DNA of 64,000 nucleotides. Source: Candidatus Aminicenantes bacterium (lineage in GTDB: Bacteria; Acidobacteriota; Aminicenantia; Aminicenantales; JAFGBC01). Under the pieces are notes generated by a model, which worked only from the letters and a program-made list of their open reading frames with translations, was not told where the DNA came from and searched no databases. The stretch is from positions 1,344,001 through 1,408,000 of the forward strand of contig OY969696.1 in assembly GCA_963702005.1 (NCBI GenBank). Reading direction: 5' to 3'. Positions 19,498 through 29,089 of the stretch are shown in pieces; the first letter of the stretch is position 1, and each line of letters starts with the position of its first letter. The position numbers and the translations under genes were made by a program.

Positions 19498-20937
19498 ATG
19501 AGAATTCCGGCTTATCATCGCTCCCCAGGGACCGTCATCTTTTTATTTTTAGCCGCCGTCTTTTTGATCGGCGGGCTGGCCGGCTGCTCGGGGAAGGCTC
19601 CGGAAGCGCCGAAAGCGCAGAAGGCTCCGGTTCCGCTTCTCCCCGAAGACGGCGTCCGCCTGTCCAACGATCCGCAAAAGGCCGAAACCTTCCGCGACGC
19701 GGGCCTCGGCCTGTTCATCCACTGGGGGCCGAACTCCCAGCTGGGGACGGAGATTTCCTGGCCGCTCTTCAACGCCTCGGAAGATTACATCAAGAAGTAT
19801 TATGCCCTGGCCGAGACCTTCAACCCGGCGGCCTTCGACCCCGCGGCCTGGGCAAGGTTGGCCCGGCTGGCCGGCATGGAGTACGTCGTGTTCACGGCCA
19901 AGCACCACGACGGTTTCTGCATGTTCGACACGGACCTGAGCGACTTCAAGATCACCCGGACGCCCTACGGCCGGGACATCGCGGCCATGGTCGCCGACGC
20001 CTTCCGCAGGGAAGGGTTTCTGGTCGGCTTCTACTATTCGCCGGGCGATTTCCGCTATCAATGGGAGACGGGCGAGAGGACCGGGCACATCTACGAGCCG
20101 AATTTCGCGAGCCCGGCCTTGTTCGGACCGCTGCGGAAAACATTCGTCGACTACGAGCGCGGCCAGGTCGAAGAGCTCCTGACCCGCTACGGCGACATCT
20201 TCATGCTCTGGTTCGACGGCAAGTGCGAGCCGCTCAAGAAACACGCCTGGCGGGTCCGTCAGGACGTGTTCATCGGACGCGGCGAGATCCCCACGCCCGA
20301 GCAGGAGATCCCGGGTCAGCCTGCCGATCACGCCTGGGAGAGCTGCCTGACCACGAGCTACCAGTGGTCCTTCCTTCCCGGCGCCGAAGTCCGTTCCTCG
20401 GCTGAGATCATCGACAACCTGATCCACATTCGGGCTCGCGGCGGCAACATGCTCCTCAACATCGGGCCCCGTCCGGACGGACGGATCGCCCCGGCCGATG
20501 AGGACCGGCTCCGCGACCTGGGCTTATGGATGATGCTTTACGGCGAGGCCGTCCGCGGCGTGCGGCCCTGGATAGTCACCAACGAAGGCGGGGTCTGGTT
20601 CACCCATAGGCGCTCGGACGGGACGGTCTATGCCCTGACCGGACTCGAACGGAACGCCCGGACTCTTCTCGTCCGCTCCGTCGCGGCTTCGCCGGACACG
20701 CGCGTCAGCCTTCTCAGCCAGGAGGGGGATTTAAAATGGGAGCAGACCGCGGCCGGACTCAAGATCTACATCCAGCGGAAACAGACCATCCGGCTCGTCC
20801 GGGCGTTAGCCGCTCCGGGCGGGAAGACGGCCGATCCGGACAGACAGGAGCTGACCTGGGGGCCGGACTGGCCGGTGGCCGTCAAGATCACGAAGGCCAA
20901 GCCCGCGGAAAGCTTCGGGAAAGAGGCCGTCCGATGA
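19498..20937 (+). CDS. GH29 alpha-L-fucosidase, lipoprotein
   Basis: LAGC lipobox; GLFIHWG, FTAKHHDGF, LWFDG and GNMLLNIGP motifs. Confidence 0.88.
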   Translation: MRIPAYHRSPGTVIFLFLAAVFLIGGLAGCSGKAPEAPKAQKAPVPLLPEDGVRLSNDPQKAETFRDAGLGLFIHWGPNSQLGTEISWPLFNASEDYIKKYYALAETFNPAAFDPAAWARLARLAGMEYVVFTAKHHDGFCMFDTDLSDFKITRTPYGRDIAAMVADAFRREGFLVGFYYSPGDFRYQWETGERTGHIYEPNFASPALFGPLRKTFVDYERGQVEELLTRYGDIFMLWFDGKCEPLKKHAWRVRQDVFIGRGEIPTPEQEIPGQPADHAWESCLTTSYQWSFLPGAEVRSSAEIIDNLIHIRARGGNMLLNIGPRPDGRIAPADEDRLRDLGLWMMLYGEAVRGVRPWIVTNEGGVWFTHRRSDGTVYALTGLERNARTLLVRSVAASPDTRVSLLSQEGDLKWEQTAAGLKIYIQRKQTIRLVRALAAPGGKTADPDRQELTWGPDWPVAVKITKAKPAESFGKEAVR

Positions 20938-21374
20938 GCGTGAAAGCCGCCCTCCGCACCGCCGTCTTCGTGCTCGCCGCCGTCGTCGGCGCCTTTGTCC
21001 TTTTCCGGGAGGTTTCCGGAAAAACTCCCGAGCGCGTCGAACGCTACGGCATGGTCATCGGCGTCAAGCCGGAGAAAATCGAGTATTACAAGGCGCTTCA
21101 TGCCGCCGCCTGGCCGGGTGTCCTGGCTAAGATCAAGGAGTGCAACATCCGCAACTATTCGATCTACCTCAAGGAAGTGGACAAGGGGACGTTCTACCTG
21201 TTCTCCTATTTCGAGTACACCGGCCGCGACTTTCAAGCCGACATGGCCAAGATGGCCGCCGACCCGACGACTCAGCGCTGGTGGAAGGAAACCGATCCCT
21301 GCCAAATCCCGATCCCGGCGCGCGGCGAGAAGGAATTTTGGAGCCGGATGGAAGAGGTCTTCCACACGGATTGA
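20934..21374 (+). CDS. L-rhamnose/fucose mutarotase (RhaM family) with N-terminal hydrophobic anchor
   Basis: YKALHAAAWP, IRNYSIY, TQRWW and MEEVFHTD motifs; ATGA overlap with the fucosidase stop. Confidence 0.85.
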   Translation: MSVKAALRTAVFVLAAVVGAFVLFREVSGKTPERVERYGMVIGVKPEKIEYYKALHAAAWPGVLAKIKECNIRNYSIYLKEVDKGTFYLFSYFEYTGRDFQADMAKMAADPTTQRWWKETDPCQIPIPARGEKEFWSRMEEVFHTD

Positions 21375-21395
21375 ACCGAGGGACCGAGAAAACCG

Positions 21396-23012
21396 ATGGG
21401 CCACGCCGGCCGGCTCGCCTTTTCGGCCTTGGACCTCCTGGCGCTCCTCGTCTATCTCGTCGGAATCGTCGGCTTGGGACTCTGGTCCTGGGCGAAGAGA
21501 AAACGGAAAGAAGCCTCGAGCGCCGAGTACTTCCTGGCCGGAAACACCCTCCGCTGGCCGGTCATCGGGCTCGCTCTGTTCTCAACCAACATCTCGACCA
21601 TCCACCTCGTCAGCCTGGCCCAGGAGGGCTACGTCAACGGGCTGGCTTACGGAAATTTCGAATGGATGGCCGCTTTTCTCCTCATCATCCTGGCGCTTTT
21701 TTTCGCCCCGTTTTACATCCGGGCCCGGGTGGCGACGCTGCCCGATTTCCTGGAGAAGCGCTATTCCCGGGCCGCCCGCGACTGGCTGGCCGGCCTGTCC
21801 ATCGTCTCGGCGGTCTTCATCCACATCGGCTTTTCCCTCTACACCGGCGCCGTCGTGCTCAAGGGGCTGTTCGGGATCGACATCACCACCAGCATCCTGG
21901 TCACGGCCCTGCTGACCGGGCTGTATACGATCGTCGGCGGCCTGCTGGCCGTGGTCATGACGGAGTCGGCCCAGACCATCGTCCTCATCCTCGGCTCGGC
22001 CTGCGTACTCGGCTTCGGCCTGGCGAAGATCGGAGGCTGGGGAGGGCTCGTTGCTTCGGTCGAGCCGGTGAAAATGACGATCCTGAGGAGCGCCGCCGAA
22101 ACGCCGACCCTTCCCTGGTATTCCGTCTTTCTGGGCTATCCGGTTATCGGCCTTTGGTACTGGTGCGCCGACCAGACAATCGTCCAGCGCGTCCTGGGGG
22201 CCCGCGATGAACGGAACGCCCGGCTGGGCCCATTGTTCACGGGTTTCATCAAGATCCTTCCGGTCTTTCTGTTCGTCCTCCCCGGACTCATCGCCTACGG
22301 GCTGGTCGGACAGGGTAAACTCCCGGCGCCCGAAAGCTCGGCCGACGTCTATTCCCTTCTCGTCAACAACCTGCTTCCGGTCGGCCTGAAGGGCGTCGTG
22401 GCGGCCGCGCTGCTGGCGGCGCTGATGAGCACGGTCTCGGGCGCGCTCAACTCCATCGCCACGCTTTTCACCATCGACATCTACAAGCGTTGGCGTCCCG
22501 AAGCGCCGGAGAAGCGTCTGACCCTGGTCGGCCGCCTGGTGACGCTCGTTGCGATGGCGGTAGCCATCCTCTGGTCCCCGTTGATCGGCCACTTCGGGAG
22601 CCTGTTTCAAGGGATCACGGCCGTCATCTGCTACATCGCGCCGCCCATCACGGCGGTCTTCATCTGGGGGGTCCTGTGGCGGAAGGCTTCGGCAGCCGCG
22701 GCCCGGGTCACGCTTATGACCGGCTCAGGCCTGGGGCTGGCCGTGTTCTTCCTCGACTGGTTCAAGGACAGGACGGGATGGAACGTCCCCTCGATGATGG
22801 CCACTTTCTATCTCTTCCTGGTCTGTTCCGCCGTCCTCGTCGGAATCTCTCTCTTCAAACCCCATGTCCACACCCAGGAGAGCGAGAAGCTTGTCTGGGC
22901 GCGTCCCGGCGACGCCCTCAGGGGCGCTTGGGGGCCCGGCTGGCTGGATTACCGCCTAGCGGCCATCGTCTTATTCCTGGTCATGGTTGCGCTCTATATC
23001 CTGTTCGCTTGA
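21396..23012 (+). CDS. Sodium:solute symporter (SSS)
   Basis: YFLAG, TLPDFLEKRY, WYWCADQTIVQRVLGAR, LAALMST. Confidence 0.92.
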   Translation: MGHAGRLAFSALDLLALLVYLVGIVGLGLWSWAKRKRKEASSAEYFLAGNTLRWPVIGLALFSTNISTIHLVSLAQEGYVNGLAYGNFEWMAAFLLIILALFFAPFYIRARVATLPDFLEKRYSRAARDWLAGLSIVSAVFIHIGFSLYTGAVVLKGLFGIDITTSILVTALLTGLYTIVGGLLAVVMTESAQTIVLILGSACVLGFGLAKIGGWGGLVASVEPVKMTILRSAAETPTLPWYSVFLGYPVIGLWYWCADQTIVQRVLGARDERNARLGPLFTGFIKILPVFLFVLPGLIAYGLVGQGKLPAPESSADVYSLLVNNLLPVGLKGVVAAALLAALMSTVSGALNSIATLFTIDIYKRWRPEAPEKRLTLVGRLVTLVAMAVAILWSPLIGHFGSLFQGITAVICYIAPPITAVFIWGVLWRKASAAAARVTLMTGSGLGLAVFFLDWFKDRTGWNVPSMMATFYLFLVCSAVLVGISLFKPHVHTQESEKLVWARPGDALRGAWGPGWLDYRLAAIVLFLVMVALYILFA

Positions 23013-23106
23013 GAATTCCGGGGATTCGATAGCGCAGGAACAATCCGTTTCGTATCCCGGGAAGGACCGGGCTTTTCTGATAGGCCGGCCGGCGCGGGCG
23101 CGTTCC

Positions 23107-23136
23107 TTGACACCGATCGCCGGCCGGAGATATCAT
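23107..23136 (+). promoter_or_regulatory. Sigma70-type promoter
   Basis: TTGACA-18 nt-TATCAT upstream of the kinase. Confidence 0.5.
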
Positions 23137-23153
23137 TTCATCAACTCAAAACC

Positions 23154-25943
23154 ATGCTCTCGGCCGGGGACAGGATTAAACACTACGAAATCATTCGCCT
23201 TATCGGCGAGGGGGGGATGGGCGCGGTTTATCTCGCCCTGGATTCCGTCCTGGACCGCAAGGTCGCCATCAAGTTTCTTTCCGAGGAGCTTGAGGGCGAT
23301 CCCCGATTCAGGGATAGGTTCGTTCACGAAGCCAAGTCGGCCGCAGCCCTGGATCATCCCTTCATCTGCCAAATCCACGAAACCGGCGAGGTCGACGGGA
23401 AAGCCTATATCGTGATGGAATATGTCGAGGGGGTGACTCTCAGGAAGAGAATGGAGGACAGAGCGGTTTCCCTCCCGGAGGCCCTCCGGATCGCCCTGGA
23501 AATCGCCGAGGCCCTGGAAGTCGCCCACGCCAAAGGCATCGTCCATCGCGACCTGAAACCCGCCAACATCATGCTGACCCCTCAGGGGCACGCCAAGGTC
23601 ATGGACTTCGGATTGGCCAAGCGTTTTCTGCCCGGCGGAGCCGATCTTACCCGGACGCTCACCCAGGTGGGTTCGGAAGAGGGGGCGATCGTCGGCACGC
23701 TGGCTTATATGTCGCCCGAACAGGCTCGCGGGGAAACGCTCGACGGCCGGAGCGATATTTTTTCCTTGGGCATCATTCTGGACGAAATGATTTCCGGAAA
23801 ACACCCTTTTTCCAAGCCCACTCCGATGGAAACCCTCACCTCCGTCCTTAGGGACGCCCCCCCTCCGGTCAGAGTCAGCCCCAGGAGCGCGGACGCGTCC
23901 GTTTCCCAAATAGTGCTGAAAGCCCTGGCCAAGGATCTCCCCGGACGATATCAAAAAATCGCCGAGCTGGCCGGAGATATTCGAAAATTGAGCGGCGAGC
24001 TGGCGACCGCGGGGGGGAGTTTACGAAGATGGGCTAAAGTCGCCGGCAGCCTGCTCTTGGCCGTAGCCGTCTTTGTCGTCTTGTGGCGGTTTGTTCTCCG
24101 GCCCGAGCGAGGGGGGGCTCCGGTTCCCCACCAAACGATAACGGTGCTCGTGGCCGATTTCCAGAACCTGACGGGCGACCCGGATTTTGATGGGACGCTG
24201 GAACAGCCGATGGGCATCAGCCTTGAAGAATCCCCGTTCATATCGGTTTACAAGCACCCCCAGGCCCACGCGGTGGCCCGGCAGCTTTCCTCCTCTGCCG
24301 ACGATCGGCTGGACGCCGATAGGGCGCTGCTCGTCAGCCGCAGAGAGGGCATCAATGCCGTCGTCGCCGCATCCGTATCACTAAGCAATAGAGTGTACGC
24401 CGTCAGCGCCCGGGCGGTGGACCCTGCCAGCGGGAAGCTGCTTGTCCGGGCCGACCAAGCCAGCAAGACCAAGGCCGGTGTCCTCCAAGCGACGCACGAT
24501 TTGGCGGTTGGGATCGGCGCGAAACTCAGCAGGAGTTCCCCCCAGTCCGTCGCGGCATTAAGTCGGGAGACTTTTTCCGCCTCCTCGTTGGAAGCTATGC
24601 AGGCCTATTCGAAGGGACAGGACTTGGCGCAGCAGGGGAGGGACGAGGAGGCCATTCTTGAGTATCAAGCGGCTATTGCCGCCGACCCGAAGATGGGACG
24701 CGCCTATTCCGGCTTGGCAACCGCCTATTGGAATACGGGCCTTGTTCGGGACGCCGAGAGGTACTTCCAATTGGCCATGGTCAATATCGACCGGATGACG
24801 GAGCGGGAAAAATATCGAACCAGCGGGGCTTATTATCTTTTCAAACAGGATTATCAAAAAGCCATTGAAAAATACGGAGCGCTCATTGACAAATATCCCG
24901 CTGACGGAGCGGGCTTGCCGAATCTGGCCATTGCCTATTTCGGGGCGAGACGAATGGCTGATGCCCTGGTGTCCGGGCAAAAGGCGCTGGACGCCGATCC
25001 CAAGGATACCACCAACCGCTATAATCTGGGCTGGTATGCCATGGGATCGGGCAACTTCGAATTGGCCCGAACGAGCGAGCTCGAAGTCATCAAGGAGAAT
25101 CCCGGTTTTGCGGAGGCCTATCTTGTAATTGGCCTTGCTGAATTGGCGCTGGGCCACCGCTCCGAAGCGGCTGAGGAGTACCTTAAACTGGAGGCCATCG
25201 GCGCCGGGGGGACCTCTCTCGCTTCAACGGCATCCGCCGACCTGGCCATTTATGAGGGGAGACTGGATCAGGCCGTGTCCATTCTGAACGCGGGAATTTC
25301 CGCGGACGTTAAAAACGGCCGGGGGGATGACGCTGCGGACAAACTCGTCATGCTGGCCGACGTGCTCATGGAGGAAAAGCTGAGAGCCCAAGCCGTCGAG
25401 TGCGCCGACAGAGCGTTGGCGGCCGGAAAAAGCGAGAGCGTGATGTTCGCGGCGGGGCGCGTTTACCTGCAGGCCGGGAAGGAAATCAAGGCCCGGGCGA
25501 TCCAGGCCGAGCTCGGGACGAGGGTCCAGCCCATCAATCAAGTCTATGCCAAGCTCCTTGAGGGCGAGTTGAGGTTGAGAACGGGCGATGCGCCCGGGGC
25601 GATCCGGCTTTACCGGGAAGCCGAAGCGATCCTCGACACTTGGCTGGGGCGCCTCTTGCTGGGAGCGGCCTCTATTGAAATGGGGGCTTTTACCGAAGCT
25701 TACCTGGAATTCGATCTCTGCCTGAAACGCCGCGGCGAAGCGGCCTCGGTCTTTATGAACGACCTCCCCTCTTTTCGTTATCTTCCCCAAGTCTATTACT
25801 ATCTGGGCCGGGCCCAAGAAGGATTAGGGAGTCCGGCCGCCGCGCAATCTTACCGGGCTTTCCTTGAAATCAAGGACAAATCATCGGGCCTCCCGCTCGT
25901 TGAGGATGCCAAAAAAAGGCTGGCCGGCCTGAAGGGCGGATGA
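23154..25943 (+). CDS. Hanks-type Ser/Thr protein kinase with TM helix and TPR repeats
   Basis: GEGGMGAVY, HRDLKPANIM, DFGLAK, YMSPEQ; TM segment near aa 295-315; TPR-like C-terminus. Confidence 0.93.
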   Translation: MLSAGDRIKHYEIIRLIGEGGMGAVYLALDSVLDRKVAIKFLSEELEGDPRFRDRFVHEAKSAAALDHPFICQIHETGEVDGKAYIVMEYVEGVTLRKRMEDRAVSLPEALRIALEIAEALEVAHAKGIVHRDLKPANIMLTPQGHAKVMDFGLAKRFLPGGADLTRTLTQVGSEEGAIVGTLAYMSPEQARGETLDGRSDIFSLGIILDEMISGKHPFSKPTPMETLTSVLRDAPPPVRVSPRSADASVSQIVLKALAKDLPGRYQKIAELAGDIRKLSGELATAGGSLRRWAKVAGSLLLAVAVFVVLWRFVLRPERGGAPVPHQTITVLVADFQNLTGDPDFDGTLEQPMGISLEESPFISVYKHPQAHAVARQLSSSADDRLDADRALLVSRREGINAVVAASVSLSNRVYAVSARAVDPASGKLLVRADQASKTKAGVLQATHDLAVGIGAKLSRSSPQSVAALSRETFSASSLEAMQAYSKGQDLAQQGRDEEAILEYQAAIAADPKMGRAYSGLATAYWNTGLVRDAERYFQLAMVNIDRMTEREKYRTSGAYYLFKQDYQKAIEKYGALIDKYPADGAGLPNLAIAYFGARRMADALVSGQKALDADPKDTTNRYNLGWYAMGSGNFELARTSELEVIKENPGFAEAYLVIGLAELALGHRSEAAEEYLKLEAIGAGGTSLASTASADLAIYEGRLDQAVSILNAGISADVKNGRGDDAADKLVMLADVLMEEKLRAQAVECADRALAAGKSESVMFAAGRVYLQAGKEIKARAIQAELGTRVQPINQVYAKLLEGELRLRTGDAPGAIRLYREAEAILDTWLGRLLLGAASIEMGAFTEAYLEFDLCLKRRGEAASVFMNDLPSFRYLPQVYYYLGRAQEGLGSPAAAQSYRAFLEIKDKSSGLPLVEDAKKRLAGLKGG

Positions 25944-25990
25944 AGGCGCTGCCCTGTCACCGGAGCTCATGGGGCTCGTTGCCGAATTCA

Positions 25991-26175
25991 GTCAACCCCT
26001 CGACTCCCCGGCATGAATGCCGGGGCTTATTCGGGGTTAACCCTGAGCCTACTCAGCCCCATCTCCTCTAAAGGGGCTGAGTACAAAAGTGTCGCTTCTT
26101 GTTCCCGCCTTGAAAGGCGGGGCTCCGATTTTAAGCCCCGCCTTTCAGGGCGGGGTAGCGTCGGCGAACGGGTCA
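25991..26175 (+). repeat. Modular nested-hairpin element, family R2 copy B
   Basis: Same termini as copies A and C; lies between convergent genes. Confidence 0.85.
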
Positions 26176-26199
26176 ATCGGTTCAGTCCCGGAGATTCCG

Positions 26200-27786
26200 T
26201 CAGCGGGCGGCCTTTGCGAAGATCTTGCTTTCCATCGCCGCCCGGAACACCAACAACTGGGGGATACTGGGGCGGAGCAGGTTGGAGGCGCCGTCAACCT
26301 CATCATCCATCATGTGCATCAGGATGACGGCCGAGGGCTTGATCCGATCAAGGACGATCCGCTTGGCCTCTTCGTTCTGGAAAAATGACGGGCTGAGAAA
26401 GACGATATCAATCTTCATTTTTTCCCAGGGGACGGGGGCCAGAAACGGCATACTGGATGTGGGATCGACGTCGCCCTGATGGTAGATCTTAAACCCGCCC
26501 ATTTCCATGATGTAGCCCAGCGTCAGGTAGGGCCGATCCGCGCTGCCGTGGTTGACCCCGATCATGGTCAAGGGGATACCGGCGACGGGCAGAGACGTCC
26601 GCTCGCCCATTTTGATATCCGCGGTCTTGATGCGGGAGTCGAGCGTCTTGAAGGCGTCCGGGCCGGCCGTTTTGAGTTCATTCGTGACGAGACCGTCCCC
26701 TACCAGGACGGCTTGGGGTTGGGCGGAGAGAACATCGAGGGCCATGGCAGGCTCGAAATGATCGCGGTGGGCGTGGGAAAAGAGAAGGAGGTCGATCCGC
26801 TCGAAGGGGGCCTGGGCGGCCTTCATCAAGGCCAGCGCCCGCTCCGGGGTATTGACGTATCCCCAGGGATTTCGGACCAGGCCGTCGACGAGCACGGCCT
26901 TGGAGCCGGCCTCGATCAAGAAGACGTCGTTTCCGATATAGCGGATGACAGCGGTTTGGACTTGGGCGCCGCCCGGACTGTCGACGATTTCGAACGAGCC
27001 GCCCTTGAGAAGATAGACTTTGGACGGAGTCGGCCGGGCACCCTTCGCCGTCAGAAGCGCGGCCAGGGACTGGTAGCCCCAATCCCGGGCGATATCCAGG
27101 GCGGTTAACCCGTTCTTGTCGGCCGCGTTGGGGTCCGCGCCCTTGTCGAGCAGCGTCTTGACCAAGGCCTCGTTTCCCAGTGAAGCGGCAGTGTGGAGGA
27201 TCATCGATCCCTCCGGCGTCTTGGCGTCGAAGGAGATCAGCCTCATCAGAGTTTCGACGACGGCCGTCTTGTTCCGCAGGACGGCGTACTCCAGGGGAGT
27301 CCGGTTCTGGCTATCTCTCAGGGACGGATTCGCGCCGTTTTTGGCCAGGACTTCGACGAGCTCGGGATGCCCTTCGCGAGCGGCGTAATGGAGCGGAGAT
27401 CGCCCGTTGGTATCCTGATATTGGACGGCGGCGCCTTTCGAGATGAAGAGCTCGACGACTTGCTTGAATCCCGCGTAGGAAGCATAGAGGAGAGGGGTTT
27501 GGCTGCTCAGGTTCCGGGCGTCTAGGGCCGCCCCGTTCTCCAGGAGCAGGCGCGCGATTTCGAGCGCGGCCGGTTCGCCGCGGCGGCATCCGGCCGCCGC
27601 GTGAAGGGCCGTATCGCCGTCCGCGTTTTTCGCCTCGACGAGCTTGGGGTCTGTTTTAAGGAGCCGAGCCATGGCCTCGAGGTCTCCGTTTGCGGCGGCC
27701 TCGAAGATAGTCTGTGCGGACGCGCTTGCCGTGGCCGCGAGGATGAAGGCGAGAGCGATTAAAAAACAGCAGGACCGATTCTTCAT
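26200..27786 (-). CDS. Secreted ankyrin-repeat + metallo-beta-lactamase-fold hydrolase
   Basis: Signal peptide at MKNRSCCFL; TALHAAA/TPLLYAS/SPLHYAA ankyrin repeats; SHAHRDH, HQGD and LMH MBL motifs. Confidence 0.85.
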   Translation of the reverse strand: MKNRSCCFLIALAFILAATASASAQTIFEAAANGDLEAMARLLKTDPKLVEAKNADGDTALHAAAGCRRGEPAALEIARLLLENGAALDARNLSSQTPLLYASYAGFKQVVELFISKGAAVQYQDTNGRSPLHYAAREGHPELVEVLAKNGANPSLRDSQNRTPLEYAVLRNKTAVVETLMRLISFDAKTPEGSMILHTAASLGNEALVKTLLDKGADPNAADKNGLTALDIARDWGYQSLAALLTAKGARPTPSKVYLLKGGSFEIVDSPGGAQVQTAVIRYIGNDVFLIEAGSKAVLVDGLVRNPWGYVNTPERALALMKAAQAPFERIDLLLFSHAHRDHFEPAMALDVLSAQPQAVLVGDGLVTNELKTAGPDAFKTLDSRIKTADIKMGERTSLPVAGIPLTMIGVNHGSADRPYLTLGYIMEMGGFKIYHQGDVDPTSSMPFLAPVPWEKMKIDIVFLSPSFFQNEEAKRIVLDRIKPSAVILMHMMDDEVDGASNLLRPSIPQLLVFRAAMESKIFAKAAR

Positions 27787-28047
27787 GCGTAAGCTCCTTT
27801 GCCGTCGTGTAAAGAAATTTTGCAGCGGGCGTCGCTGAAAAGTGAAGGGACCCCCTTTCTTTGATCCATCTCCTTGATTATAGGCGAATCTCATGCCATC
27901 CTTCGGAAAAATTTCGGGATCACGCAATTAAGGGGATTCCGGAATTTTCTGTACCGGCACGAGCATCTTCCCGGAGCTTGAACCGGCCGGGCCCGCGGCT
28001 TATACTTGAAATTGCGATAGGACGACACGGCCGATAAGGAGGGAACC

Positions 28048-28506
28048 ATGGCTATGACCATTGTAAGTCCGGCTTTCACGGCAGGGGGGATGATCCCGGC
28101 GGAATTCACCTGCGACGGCCCGAACGTCTCGCCGCCGCTCGTCTTCGCAAACGTGCCCGCGGAGGCGAAGAGTCTGGCCCTCATCATGGACGATCCGGAC
28201 GCTCCGGCCGGCACTTGGGTTCATTGGGTCGCCTACGCCATCCCGCCCGTGACGAAGGAACTGGCCAGGAATATTCCACCCCAGAAGGATCTCCCCAACG
28301 TGATGCGCCAGGGGACGAACGACTTCCGCAGAATAGGCTACGGCGGTCCCTGCCCACCGGGCGGGACGCATCGGTATTATTTCAAGCTCTACGCCCTGGA
28401 TATCGTCCCTAATCTCGCGGCCGGCGCGACCAAGGCGCAGCTCCTTGAAGCCATGAAGGGCCACATCCTCGCCCAGGCTGAATTTATGGGCAAGTACCGG
28501 AGATAA
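28048..28506 (+). CDS. YbhB/YbcL (PEBP/Raf kinase inhibitor-like) protein
   Basis: DDPDAPAGTWVHW, YGGPCPPGGTHRYYFKLYALD. Confidence 0.92.
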   Translation: MAMTIVSPAFTAGGMIPAEFTCDGPNVSPPLVFANVPAEAKSLALIMDDPDAPAGTWVHWVAYAIPPVTKELARNIPPQKDLPNVMRQGTNDFRRIGYGGPCPPGGTHRYYFKLYALDIVPNLAAGATKAQLLEAMKGHILAQAEFMGKYRR

Positions 28507-28530
28507 AGGCCGTCGGGCGTATTCGAATGC

Positions 28531-28606
28531 AATTCTGGGGACACACGACTTAATTCACAAGACCAAAGGTCATGAGTTCGGAATTAAGTCGTGTGTCCCC
28601 AGAATT
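28531..28606. repeat. REP-like inverted-repeat pair (family R1)
   Basis: 26-bp arms at 28531-28556 and 28581-28606 between convergent genes. Confidence 0.9.
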
Positions 28607-28637
28607 ATTTTTTCTTGGATTCCTGTCCTGTTCCGGT

Positions 28638-29069
28638 TTAAAGCCCGGCCGACCGGTTAAACAGGAATTGATCAAGCCGCTCGCGGATTTTCTCAGCGGC
28701 CGCGAAATAGGCCTCGACGCCCCGACCGAGGGGGTCTTCGATGTCCCAAGCATAGAGCTTGTCTTCGGGTACGACGGCAGCGTCCTTGACCCGCTCGTAG
28801 ACATGGAGGTCCATGGCGATGACGAAGTCGAACGCCTCCGGTCCGGCCTCGGCGACTGAACGGGGCTTGTGGTCGCGTATGTCGATTCCGTACAGGGTCC
28901 GGACGACGATGACGGACTCTTCGCTGGGGCGGTCGCCGACCGGGGCGATCCCGGCGCTCGCGGCCGAAACCGCGTCGCCGTGGAGGGCGCGGGCGACGCC
29001 GACGGCCATCGGGCTGCGGCAGATGTTGCCGTAGCACACGAACAGGATCTTAAGAGGGTTTGAAGTCAT
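28638..29069 (-). CDS. Low-molecular-weight protein phosphatase (LMW-PTP/ArsC family)
   Basis: ILFVCYGNICRSPMA P-loop; IEDP. Confidence 0.9.
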   Translation of the reverse strand: MTSNPLKILFVCYGNICRSPMAVGVARALHGDAVSAASAGIAPVGDRPSEESVIVVRTLYGIDIRDHKPRSVAEAGPEAFDFVIAMDLHVYERVKDAAVVPEDKLYAWDIEDPLGRGVEAYFAAAEKIRERLDQFLFNRSAGL

Positions 29070-29089
29070 CCTGGGGAGCCGGCCTCGGC

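Noticed and set aside
26013-26327. ORF spanning R2 copy B
   Set aside because: Derived from the repeat sequence and overlaps the ankyrin gene antisense
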